Shown here: piece by piece, positions 27,286 to 35,253 of the stretch
Position numbering within the stretch: the stretch's first letter is position 1
Layout: every line of letters starts with the position of its first letter
From: a virus
Taxonomy: Duplodnaviria > Caudoviricetes
Direction: 5' to 3' (one strand)
IMG/VR virus record: IMGVR_UViG_3300003375_000069
Span: 1 to 37,077 of that record
DNA: 37,077 bases
Position numbers and translations under genes: made by a program
The notes under the pieces: model-generated
Database searches by the model: none
What the model saw: the letters and a program-made list of their open reading frames with translations, nothing else
Told to the model about the DNA's origin: nothing

Positions 27286-27810
27286 ATGTCACTCATCCAG
27301 ATCCCGAAGCGCATCACCCCTACCGCTGTGCGTTACGGCGCGGTGACCGCGAACACCTCCGATCGGGTGCCGTGCGACACCACCGCCTACGCCTCGACGG
27401 TCAGCGCCACAACAAGCGCGTCCCCGACGGTCACGGATGCGACCGCCTCCGCCGCCTGGGCTGGCCGACCCGTCACCGGCGCCGGAATACCAGCCAATAC
27501 GTACGTCGGCACTGTTACTGCTGGTGTGAGCTACACGCTGGTGTCCTCGACAGGGGCTCCTGTGAACGCCACCGCAACAGCCGCAGGCGTGACCGTGGCG
27601 ATCGGTGGCACGTTCGTCGTCACTACCGCCGCAGCTGCCGCGCTAGCGGTCGGATCGTCAATCAGCGTGCTCTGGAAGGCTGGCACGACGCCTCCGACCA
27701 TCACTGCTGGCGCAGGCATCACCCTGGTCTATGTGTCGCCGTTGGCGACGGTCGGTGATGTCGTCGACTTCCAGTTGCAGGCGGACGGCGTGACGCTTCA
27801 GCAGATCTAA
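27286..27810 (+). CDS. Thr/Ala-rich virion accessory (fibre-like) protein
   Basis: GAAAGGA SD; beta-rich, containing VTGAGIPANTYV; lies directly upstream of the tailspike. Confidence 0.6.
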   Translation: MSLIQIPKRITPTAVRYGAVTANTSDRVPCDTTAYASTVSATTSASPTVTDATASAAWAGRPVTGAGIPANTYVGTVTAGVSYTLVSSTGAPVNATATAAGVTVAIGGTFVVTTAAAAALAVGSSISVLWKAGTTPPTITAGAGITLVYVSPLATVGDVVDFQLQADGVTLQQI

Positions 27811-27863
27811 CCCGTTGCCCATCGTCCCGTCGTCCCGTCCTCGAATTTGCCTGGAGTGAACCG

Positions 27864-29522
27864 ATGAGCAATGTCCAACCGAAATCGCCGGTATTCGTCA
27901 ACGTCTTCAACAACGCGCTGAGCACGTTCCCGGTGTGCGAATATGGCACTCTTGTGCCTGCTTCGAGCGTCACATCGGGCACCGACAACTACGCGGTGAT
28001 CAACGCCGCGTGTGCGGCCGCAGAGGCAGCGGGCGGCGGGATTGTGTGGTTCCCTGCCGGTCTCTACTTGACGTCGCCGCTGCCGCCGCGCACCAATGTC
28101 ACGATCAAGGCGGCGGGCAGCAGATCTACCCAGCTAGGCGCGATCGGCAATGCCTCGGTGTTCCAGGGCGATCAGACCGTTGCGCTCGGTGGTCGATCGT
28201 TCGCTGGGATGACGTTTGACTCGATCGGCTTTGTGGGTCCTGTCAGTTCGTCGCCGACTGTCCCGACGCGGGCGCGCACTACTAGCGGGGCGGGCACGAC
28301 GACCGCAATCTCCTTCGATGGATCGCTCGATACGAACGGCACGTATCCGCTGATCACCGACGTCGCGATCGTTAACTGCACCTTCCAGAACTGCTCATCG
28401 CTGCCGGTCCGGTTGTTCGGGATCTCGGGTGTCGTTCGGTTCTCGGGTAATGAGTCGATCAACAACCTCGACGTCGGCATCGGCTTCTCTGCTGATGTCA
28501 TTTGCTCCGACAATTACGTAAAGAACTCCGCGGACAACGGCATGAGCTTGAGCCGCGGGAATCTCAATGTCACCTGCACAGGCAACACGGTCCTGAACTC
28601 CTGCTACAGCGGCATATTCGTGTCAGGCAGCGCCGGCCAGGTCGGGCCGCGAGGCTTTACGGTAACCGGCAACGTCGTGACGGGCTGCGGATATGCGTGC
28701 ATCATGTTGCAGACCGCGCCTAAGTTCGGCACGGTCACGGGCAACATTCTGACGCAGGGCTATAACCGTGGTCCGATCGACGGTCTCAATGACGTGTTCT
28801 GCACTGGGATCTATCTTGAGTCGGATTCCGGCGTGACGGTGACGGGTAATACCATCTTTCAGGCGCCTCGCGCCGGGATCTATTCGACGTTGTGCACGGG
28901 CGTCAGCATCGCCGATAACCTCATGTACAACGTCGGGACAACGAACCTCGCGGGGACGACCGGCAACAACGGTACGGCGATCGCGTCGACCGATCAGACG
29001 CAGAACTGCGGCATCATCATCGAAAGCACGAACCCCGGCACAGAAGGCTACGTCGTCAATAACCGCATCATCGACGAACGTGGGGCGAGTAACCTCACAA
29101 ACTACGGAGTGACACCGACCGTGATCACGACACGTATCACCGTCTCCGGCAATAGCGCTTACGGCATGCGTCAGCCGTCGCCGCTCGCGCATGTGGATTC
29201 GAGCCAGAACGGCGCGTGCACGTTCGCCGTTGGCGCTCAGGCCTCGGCCGCAGTCGCAGGCAGCAACGGCGCGAACGACCAGGCGGCGGAGATCTCGGTA
29301 ACGACGGTCTCGTCGCCGGCCGCTGGTGCCTTGGTGACGGTGACGTTTTCGGCGCCGTATGCGGCGGTCCCGCGCGCAATCAATGTGAGCGCGGGGTCAG
29401 CAGCAGCAGCAGCAGCGAATGTGTACGTCAGCGCGAAATCTACGACGGGGTACACGTTGTCAGCTGCGTCGGCGCCGCCGGGCGCCACTGCGTTGCCGCT
29501 GTATGTGTCGGTGGTCCAGTAG
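27864..29522 (+). CDS. Tailspike / polysaccharide depolymerase (pectate-lyase-like right-handed beta-helix)
   Basis: GTDNYAVINAACAAA...GGGIVWFPAGLYL N-cap and many VTGN/I.NN parallel beta-helix repeats. Confidence 0.85.
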   Translation: MSNVQPKSPVFVNVFNNALSTFPVCEYGTLVPASSVTSGTDNYAVINAACAAAEAAGGGIVWFPAGLYLTSPLPPRTNVTIKAAGSRSTQLGAIGNASVFQGDQTVALGGRSFAGMTFDSIGFVGPVSSSPTVPTRARTTSGAGTTTAISFDGSLDTNGTYPLITDVAIVNCTFQNCSSLPVRLFGISGVVRFSGNESINNLDVGIGFSADVICSDNYVKNSADNGMSLSRGNLNVTCTGNTVLNSCYSGIFVSGSAGQVGPRGFTVTGNVVTGCGYACIMLQTAPKFGTVTGNILTQGYNRGPIDGLNDVFCTGIYLESDSGVTVTGNTIFQAPRAGIYSTLCTGVSIADNLMYNVGTTNLAGTTGNNGTAIASTDQTQNCGIIIESTNPGTEGYVVNNRIIDERGASNLTNYGVTPTVITTRITVSGNSAYGMRQPSPLAHVDSSQNGACTFAVGAQASAAVAGSNGANDQAAEISVTTVSSPAAGALVTVTFSAPYAAVPRAINVSAGSAAAAAANVYVSAKSTTGYTLSAASAPPGATALPLYVSVVQ

Positions 29523-29544
29523 GGCTAGCTCAGATAGACGCGAT

Positions 29545-29592
29545 GGGGCGTCTCCTACCTTCCGTTGGGAGGTCGGAGGCGCCCCGCTTTTT
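29545..29592 (+). terminator. Rho-independent terminator ending the late operon
   Basis: ggggcgtctcc (29545-29555) / ggaggcgcccc (29575-29585) followed by gcttttt; lies between convergent genes. Confidence 0.8.
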
Positions 29593-29602
29593 GCGTTTCG
29601 CG

Positions 29603-30262
29603 TCACGACTTCTTTGCTGGCTTGTGGGCGCGCATCTTGCCCAGGGAGGTGATCGACACCATCTGCGCGCAGTGCGGGCACCGCTGGTAGCGGCGGTGGT
29701 AGTCGGAGCGCTTGAAGGTCGGGGCTTTCTCGTAGTCGTAGGCGCCAGATCCCGAGCACTGCGCGGCCTGCTTGGCTTTCGCCGCCTCGTCGAGTCCGTT
29801 CGTCCAGTCGAGCGGCGCCGTCGGGAAACACACGGTGCAGAGGACGGGCCCTTGTGCGGCGACGGCGGCAGCCTCGTCCATGCCTGAGACCTCGTGTGCG
29901 AGAAAAAACGCGGTGAGCTTGCCGTTGTGGTTGCAGGTCGAGCAGCGCCGCGAAGAGTGAATGTGCCCGTTGGGGACGCACCAGAACCGGGACCAGCCGG
30001 TGTAGGCGGTCTCGTGTTCGTCGAGTGCTGCGATCGCCGCTGTTTGGGCGGCCTCGCGCTTGGCGAGTTCTTCGCGGAGAGCGTCCAGATCGTCGGCACG
30101 CACGGACATCCGGACGTGGAAACGTTCGTCGTTGAGGGCGGCTTCGCTTCGGCGGATCATCGTCGCGTATTGGGTTACGCGGGCCGCGGCCTCGCTGCAT
30201 TCGTTGTAGAGCTTCCATGTTGTCTCGTCGTGGGCTGCCATCTCGCTTTGTGTCTTTGTCAT
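29603..30262 (-). CDS. Cys/His-rich (Zn-binding) hypothetical phage protein
   Basis: ATG 30262 just downstream of a sigma70-like promoter; GWSRF...GHIHSSRRCSTC...LCTVCFPTAP, then CSGSG...CPHC...H. Confidence 0.75.
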   Translation of the reverse strand: MTKTQSEMAAHDETTWKLYNECSEAAARVTQYATMIRRSEAALNDERFHVRMSVRADDLDALREELAKREAAQTAAIAALDEHETAYTGWSRFWCVPNGHIHSSRRCSTCNHNGKLTAFFLAHEVSGMDEAAAVAAQGPVLCTVCFPTAPLDWTNGLDEAAKAKQAAQCSGSGAYDYEKAPTFKRSDYHRRYQRCPHCAQMVSITSLGKMRAHKPAKKS

Positions 30263-30269
30263 ACCCAGA

Positions 30270-30351
30270 ACATTACACCGTGACGATGTGATGTCAAGGG
30301 GTGAACCTCGGCAATTTCTCCGCTTGACAATGCATCGGCACGATGTATTCT
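30270..30351. promoter_or_regulatory. Back-to-back sigma70/SigA-type promoters with a shared palindromic operator; probably leaderless transcripts
   Basis: Plus strand: TTGACA (30324-29), 16 nt, TATTCT (30346-51), ATG 30358. Minus strand: TTGACA (30297-92), 16 nt, TAATGT (30275-70), ATG 30262. Both spacers contain CATCG-N3-CG(A/G)TG. Confidence 0.75.
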
Positions 30352-30357
30352 GGAGGT

Positions 30358-30816
30358 ATGACAACGACCGAAACTTTCCCGACCATCTCCTACTCCACCA
30401 AAGAGACAGCCGCACTCATCCGCAAGGCACTCCGCGCCGCATTCCCCGGCGTGAAAATGTCCGTCACGATGTCCCGGGGCACCGGCTACGGCTACATGGA
30501 CATCAGCTACACCGACGGCCCGACCACGGCCGCAGTCGACGCCGTTACTCGCCGGTTCCGGTCCGAGTCCTTCGACGGCATGACCGACTCGACGAACACG
30601 ATCCCGCCGACGCTGTACCTAGTCGATGGCGTCCCGACGTTGCTCGCCTACTCCTGCCGTGGCGCGTCCCCGTCCCGCCATTTCAGCGCCGAGGCGCTCG
30701 CCGCGGCTGAGGTCGCCGTCGCAGCCGACCCGGGCCGCTACGCCAACAGCTACGACCACGACGGCAGCACGTACTACGCCTGCCGGAAATACCTTTCACA
30801 AACCGACCTCAGTTAG
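30358..30816 (+). CDS. LPD29 (large polyvalent protein-associated domain 29)-like protein
   Basis: ETAALIRKALRAAFPGVKMSV......MDISYTDGPT...VDAVT.RF....FDGMTD matches the LPD29 pattern. Confidence 0.8.
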   Translation: MTTTETFPTISYSTKETAALIRKALRAAFPGVKMSVTMSRGTGYGYMDISYTDGPTTAAVDAVTRRFRSESFDGMTDSTNTIPPTLYLVDGVPTLLAYSCRGASPSRHFSAEALAAAEVAVAADPGRYANSYDHDGSTYYACRKYLSQTDLS

Positions 30817-30819
30817 CAG

Positions 30820-30867
30820 GCAAGAAGGGAGCCGGACCCCTGGAGATGGTTCTGGCTCCCTTCTTGC
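30820..30867. terminator. Terminator-like hairpin
   Basis: gcaagaagggagccgga / tctggctcccttcttgc inverted repeat right after the LPD29 stop. Confidence 0.7.
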
Positions 30868-30902
30868 TATTGCGACAAAACATCCCGAGGGTGTAGAGTC
30901 GC

Positions 30903-31142
30903 ATGACCGGCCCCACGAACAGACAGGCCCCCGAGATGCCACGTAAGCGCAAACTGATCCGCTACCTATCCCGGCATGAAGTGGCGGAGCGGATCGGTGT
31001 CGCCCCGTCTACGTTGTCGCGGTATCACCTCCCTGACCCGGACGCGCTCGTCGGTGATGTCCGAGGATGGCTGGAAGCGACGATCGACGCATGGCATGCG
31101 GCTAGGCCAGGCCGAGGAGCACGCACCGACTTACGCAAATAG
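30903..31142 (+). CDS. Small HTH regulator (AlpA/MerR-like, actinophage type)
   Basis: YLSRHEVAERIGVAPSTLSRY.LP.PDA.VG..RGW...TIDAW.A.RPGRG.RTD. Confidence 0.8.
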   Translation: MTGPTNRQAPEMPRKRKLIRYLSRHEVAERIGVAPSTLSRYHLPDPDALVGDVRGWLEATIDAWHAARPGRGARTDLRK

Positions 31143-31149
31143 GCGGGGT

Positions 31150-31674
31150 CTATTTCGGCGGCAACCCGAGCGCTATCCGCACTGACTCCGCGTCAGCAGA
31201 CGCCGCCGCGAACACTGATGTCTGCGCGCTGAGATCAGCACTGACCGCCGCCAGGGACGGATCAGAAGCGATCTGTTGGAGCACCGCCCGAACTTTCAAC
31301 TCGTCCGCTGACTGTGTCGCAATCAGGGCTTTGGTGGCTGGATCCCAATTACCGGCGGCGAGGTCGCGTACTGCGGTGTCGACTGCCTGCGCGTATTGAG
31401 TGAGCGCTGCTCGCGTAGCTGCTAATGATGCGTCCGCTGGAAGGTTCTTCACGCCGTCGGCCGATGCTTTGGTCGCGTCGGCGATGGTGAGGTAGTGGGT
31501 GGCGCTTTCGGCTTTGGTCCATGCTGCGACTGGTGTGGTCGTCGGTTCCGGGGTGGTTGTGGTTGTTGCTTTGGTAGCAACAGCGGCCGGTTTGGTCGCG
31601 CTAGAGCACCCTGCGAGGGTGGCGATCGCCGCGACGAGTAGGCATGTTCCTGTGAATTTCTCCCGCTTTGTCAT
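31150..31674 (-). CDS. Lipoprotein
   Basis: Signal peptide with lipobox LAGC, Thr/Pro linker, helical domain. Confidence 0.8.
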   Translation of the reverse strand: MTKREKFTGTCLLVAAIATLAGCSSATKPAAVATKATTTTTPEPTTTPVAAWTKAESATHYLTIADATKASADGVKNLPADASLAATRAALTQYAQAVDTAVRDLAAGNWDPATKALIATQSADELKVRAVLQQIASDPSLAAVSADLSAQTSVFAAASADAESVRIALGLPPK

Positions 31675-31819
31675 GCCCGTGAAAATACCACTGCGGCGTT
31701 TCGGCGCTATCCCCAGAGTTTGACGCTGCTCGGCGCCACGGGTGTTACCACCACTTGTTGAGGTCGGTCATCATGCGCCAGACGGTACCGCTCAGCGGCG
31801 GGGCAAACAAGCCGCTGAG

Positions 31820-31857
31820 AGTCCGTCAAAGTCCGTCGCAGTCCGTGAAAGTCCGTC
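31820..31857 (+). repeat. Integrase arm-type binding sites (four AGTCCGT(C/G) direct repeats, 10-bp period)
   Basis: Copies start at 31820, 31830, 31840 and 31850; two more related copies lie at 32062 and 32073 on the other side of the core. Confidence 0.7.
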
Positions 31858-31963
31858 TCTCAGATGCACTTTAAGCCACTCTGGGTCACTTCCAGTCAGC
31901 GCGCTCAAAGTGACTAACAGGCCCCGTAAACGCTGGTCTCCGAGTATTTCGGGGGGGTCTTAT

Positions 31964-32001
31964 GTGCGCCGTCAGGGACTTGAACCCCGAACCCGCTGAT
32001 T
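31964..32001 (-). other. attP core: 3' half of a tRNA (probably tRNA-Lys)
   Basis: Minus strand reads AATCAGCGGGTTCGGGGTTCAAGTCCCTGACGGCGCAC: anticodon stem 3' side, T-arm (GGTTCAAGTCC) and acceptor strand. It resembles actinobacterial tRNA-Lys, has no 5' half, and abuts the integrase stop. Confidence 0.85.
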
Positions 32002-32014
32002 TGGAATAGGGCAC

Positions 32015-33151
32015 CTAGAGGCCCCGTAATTGCTGGCCTGTAGGGGTCATTCTGGCCTTGGAGTCCGCCAAGAGTCCGTCGCTCGCTTCGCGGGCCGCGC
32101 GGCCGACTGCTTCCGCGACCCGGTCGAGTGCCTCGTCGAACAGGTGGCTGTACACGTTGAGGGTCATCATCGGCGACGCGTGCCCGCACATCCGCTGAAC
32201 CGCGTTCACATCAGCGCCAGCAGCGATAGCCAACGACACAGCAGTGTGCCGTAGCTCGTGCGGATGCAGATCAGGGATGCCGATCGTCGCCGCCGCAGGA
32301 GCCAACACCCGGACGTGCCAATTCCGCCGCCACACTCCGCCACCAGTGCGGGTGGAGAACACCAACTGATCCGGCTCAAGGTCCGCGATGTGCGCGGCGA
32401 GCTCTGCCATCAGTTCCGGTGACACCGGTACTTCACGGGTCTTGTGGTTCTTCGGGGTGCTCGTGATCCGGCCGCCTTTCACCTGGGCGGTGGCCTCGAA
32501 GATCAGGAGCCGGTTCTGTGGGACGAGGACGCTCGACGCCCGTAGCGCGATGGCCTCACCGAACCGGATACCGGAATAGGCGAGGGTCTTAATCAGCAAT
32601 CTGTCCCGTGCGGTGCCCGGTGCGGCGGCAAGGGTAACGACTTGCTCGTGGGTGAGGTACCGGTTCGGTTTCGTGCTCTTGGTCCCCGCTAGCTTGATGC
32701 CGCGGACAGGGTTAGAGCGAAGCTGTCCTTCCTCTACGGCGTTGTCGAGGATCAGGCACAGCAATGTGTAGGCCTGTTTTACGGTGCTCGCGGAACGGTC
32801 GATTGAGTGCAGCCATTCTTGTGCGCTGGCGCGGGTGATGCCGCTCAGCGGGACTAGCTTCCACGCTGGCAGAAGGTGTGTGTGGAGCGTGGACTCGTAA
32901 CGCTCGCGGCTTGTCTGTTTCAAGTGGCCTTGTCGGGCTAGCCATCGCTCAGCGAACGGCCCGAATGGTAACCGCCCAGCCCGCGGGTCCACGTACGACC
33001 CGCTATGCAGATCGTGCTGGACGTGGGTGAGGAACCGGTCGGCGTCGCCTTTCAGCGTGAACGTTTTAGCTCGCTCGGTGCCCTGGGGGTCGGTGAACCG
33101 GACCTGATACCTGTACGCGCCGGGTTTGCCGAGGCGCCGGAGGTGCGCCAT
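32015..33151 (-). CDS. int: Tyrosine integrase
   Basis: N-terminal arm-binding YQVRFTDP.G...KTF; catalytic SGIRFGEA, TPKN, HELRHT, CGHASPMMTLNVYSH. Start ATG 33151 is coupled to the upstream stop. Confidence 0.96.
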   Translation of the reverse strand: MAHLRRLGKPGAYRYQVRFTDPQGTERAKTFTLKGDADRFLTHVQHDLHSGSYVDPRAGRLPFGPFAERWLARQGHLKQTSRERYESTLHTHLLPAWKLVPLSGITRASAQEWLHSIDRSASTVKQAYTLLCLILDNAVEEGQLRSNPVRGIKLAGTKSTKPNRYLTHEQVVTLAAAPGTARDRLLIKTLAYSGIRFGEAIALRASSVLVPQNRLLIFEATAQVKGGRITSTPKNHKTREVPVSPELMAELAAHIADLEPDQLVFSTRTGGGVWRRNWHVRVLAPAAATIGIPDLHPHELRHTAVSLAIAAGADVNAVQRMCGHASPMMTLNVYSHLFDEALDRVAEAVGRAAREASDGLLADSKARMTPTGQQLRGL

Positions 33152-34230
33152 CAGGCACCGACCCGGCCTTGCTGAGCGGCCTCGTCGGCGGCAAGCACGC
33201 ACAGCGCACTGATCGTGAGGTCGTCGAGGGTGGTGCCGTCTTTGGGTGCGCTGGCCCAGCCGACGGCGGCGCGGATGCCTGACCCGGCGAGCATGTGGAT
33301 GTGACGTTGGACGATGATCCGAAGGTCTGCGGGCGCGATACCCTGAGTGAACAGGTGTACGCCTTCAGGCCGGATCGTGACCCAATCCTGTTTCTTGCGG
33401 GCTTCGTGGGCGATGATCGCTGCTGCTGCGCGGTTCTGTTGGCCGCAAGCGAACACAATCACCGCGGTAGGCCATTCGCCGCCGATGGCTGTGTTCGCTT
33501 CGTGGACCCATGCGCGGTCCCGGATCAGCCCATCGTGTGCGCAGGCGCGGAGCAGTGCGGCGTGAAGCGCGAGTTGCTGCAATGCGGTGGTCAACACGAT
33601 GAGCAAGAAAATGTATCCGAGGTGTACGCCTAGTGGCGCGACGACGACGCCGACCGCGGCGAGCGCCCATTCTGCGAGTAAACGACGCTGATTCAGCACT
33701 GCCGGAAGTGGTGCGCCGACTGCGAGCATGACGAGCGCGATCAGCGCTTGTTGTACGAGGCAGTAGGCGATGAGAGCCAGCCAGGGGGAGTAGTGCGCAG
33801 CGAAACTGCCAGCGTAAGCCGCCAGGAGAAATGTGGCGCTGCTGTAGGCGTGCTTGTGCAGTCGGCCATAGCGGCGTGGCAAAGCGAAGTACTGAACTAG
33901 GCACACGAGTATCGTGTAAATCGTCAGGCAGCGCGGCGGGAGCGTTAGCACAGCTACTAGCCACCATATGTTCAGAAGATCGAACTGTTCGGCGTCGTGC
34001 GCGAATAACAGTCGTCTTTTTTCGCCTGCGAGTCCGATCAGTGAAGAAGCGATTACCGCTGCCGATAGGACCGGTAGAGCCCAGGTCATCGGGCTTGCTG
34101 TGGCACTGGCCCAGGTCGCAGCTATGACAGCACAGAGCACGGTCGCCGACACGATTAGCTGAACCCGTGGTGGTTGCTTCTGTATAGCCCATCGACGGGG
34201 GTCGAGGAGGTTACTCACGTTGTCTGACAT
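33151..34230 (-). CDS. Multi-pass membrane protein with degenerate GGDEF-like C-terminal domain
   Basis: About seven hydrophobic helices, then HDGLIRDRAW...AVIVF...GIRAAVGWASAPKDGTTLDDL, which echoes the D..TGL, xSxGxA and P.DG.T.D.L elements of diguanylate cyclases; no GG[DE]EF motif. Confidence 0.6.
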   Translation of the reverse strand: MSDNVSNLLDPRRWAIQKQPPRVQLIVSATVLCAVIAATWASATASPMTWALPVLSAAVIASSLIGLAGEKRRLLFAHDAEQFDLLNIWWLVAVLTLPPRCLTIYTILVCLVQYFALPRRYGRLHKHAYSSATFLLAAYAGSFAAHYSPWLALIAYCLVQQALIALVMLAVGAPLPAVLNQRRLLAEWALAAVGVVVAPLGVHLGYIFLLIVLTTALQQLALHAALLRACAHDGLIRDRAWVHEANTAIGGEWPTAVIVFACGQQNRAAAAIIAHEARKKQDWVTIRPEGVHLFTQGIAPADLRIIVQRHIHMLAGSGIRAAVGWASAPKDGTTLDDLTISALCVLAADEAAQQGRVGA

Positions 34231-34306
34231 CCCTTGCAGAACTAAGTGATTGGGGTGGAGGTGATTCCTATGGTGCAGGCATCCAGTGGTTGGTGGTGGT
34301 AGTCAG

Positions 34307-34756
34307 CTAGTCCTTTGCGTTGGCATAGGACTCAATCCGGGCCGCGAGCTCGTCGTAGGCGAATTTGAGCCGGTCGGCCCAGTAGGTGTCTCCACGCGCG
34401 GCCATGTCTCGGCGTGCGAGTTGTAGGCGTGTCTGTGCTTCGGAGACATTGGATATTTCGATAGCTGTTGCGTCGCTCGGTAGTCCTTCGGGATTGCCGA
34501 GCGACGTTTTCTTTTTGTCCAAAAATCTGTGACCCATTCCTAGCGCTCTCTCGACTCGTCGGAGCGTCATTGAGTCAGTCGGGATTCCCGCTTCAACTTT
34601 GCTCCATGTTCCGGCGGCCATCTTCGCGCGCTTTGCCGCGCCGCGTATGGATAGGTCGTCGGGGTGGTTTTCGCGAGCGAACTTCACGCGCTCTGCAATC
34701 CAGCGCAGGTGCTCGGTGTCGATGTCTACGTCGTCTGGCATGTAGGTCAGTGTCAT
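34307..34756 (-). CDS. Immunity repressor (XRE/HTH_3 family)
   Basis: RVKFARE....LSIRGAAKRAKMAAGTWSKVEAG.....TLRRVERALG; GGAGG SD; divergent from a Cro/Xis-like gene. Confidence 0.85.
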   Translation of the reverse strand: MTLTYMPDDVDIDTEHLRWIAERVKFARENHPDDLSIRGAAKRAKMAAGTWSKVEAGIPTDSMTLRRVERALGMGHRFLDKKKTSLGNPEGLPSDATAIEISNVSEAQTRLQLARRDMAARGDTYWADRLKFAYDELAARIESYANAKD

Positions 34757-34891
34757 GCGATTTCCTCCACCTTACAAGAACTCTGAGTCAGTCTCAGTAG
34801 GTCTAGGTCACTCTTGGTCACTAGTTAAGCAGAAGATGCGCCAAAGTGACCACGGATGTGAGCCAGGACATAAAAAAGTGCATCAAAGTGA

Positions 34892-34920
34892 TTGACCTCT
34901 GACCAATATTGCCTTAGAGT
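34892..34920 (+). promoter_or_regulatory. Early rightward promoter (leaderless)
   Basis: TTGACC (34892-97), 17 nt, TAGAGT (34915-20); ATG at 34928 with no SD. Confidence 0.7.
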
Positions 34921-34927
34921 GACTCAC

Positions 34928-35167
34928 ATGACGCAGACAGCCCCAGCCCCAGGTGACCTTCTGACGGTCGCTGAAGTGGCCGAAATCCTCAAGGGCACAG
35001 AGCGAGGGACGCGCGCACTCATCAAGCGAGGCGAACTCGACGCCATCAAGGTCAACGGCGTATTTCGCATCACCCGCCAATCGCTTGCAGCGCTTGTCAA
35101 GCGGAGCCGCGTGCAACCTTCGGCCGCTTCGGTCGCCATCACCGAGTACGACCGGCGCACAGCATAA
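34928..35167 (+). CDS. Excisionase / Cro-like HTH_17 DNA-binding protein
   Basis: LLTVAEVAEILK......RALIKRGELDAIKVNGVFRITRQSL is the MerR-like excisionase pattern. Confidence 0.85.
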   Translation: MTQTAPAPGDLLTVAEVAEILKGTERGTRALIKRGELDAIKVNGVFRITRQSLAALVKRSRVQPSAASVAITEYDRRTA

Positions 35168-35253
35168 GCAAAACGGGCCCGGCCTTGGCTGCAACCAAAA
35201 CCGGACCCAGTGCCACCAGCACCAACCAACCAACCACGGAAAGCAGGCAGAAG

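Noticed and set aside
29398-29417. (GCA)n repeat as a contingency locus
   Set aside because: An in-frame poly-Ala run in an Ala-rich domain; length change would not shift the frame.
20537-29522. Diversity-generating retroelement or invertible tail-fibre cassette
   Set aside because: No reverse transcriptase, invertase, or template/variable repeat pair was seen in the window.
31820-31857. CRISPR array or microsatellite
   Set aside because: 8-bp units at a 10-bp period with no spacers and no cas genes; better explained as integrase arm sites.
31742-31999. 85-aa ORF
   Set aside because: It runs across the arm repeats and attP core, with no coding signature.
31940-32040. Complete tRNA gene
   Set aside because: Only the portion from the anticodon loop to the 3' end is present; the D-arm and 5' acceptor strand are replaced by the integrase end, so it is an att core.
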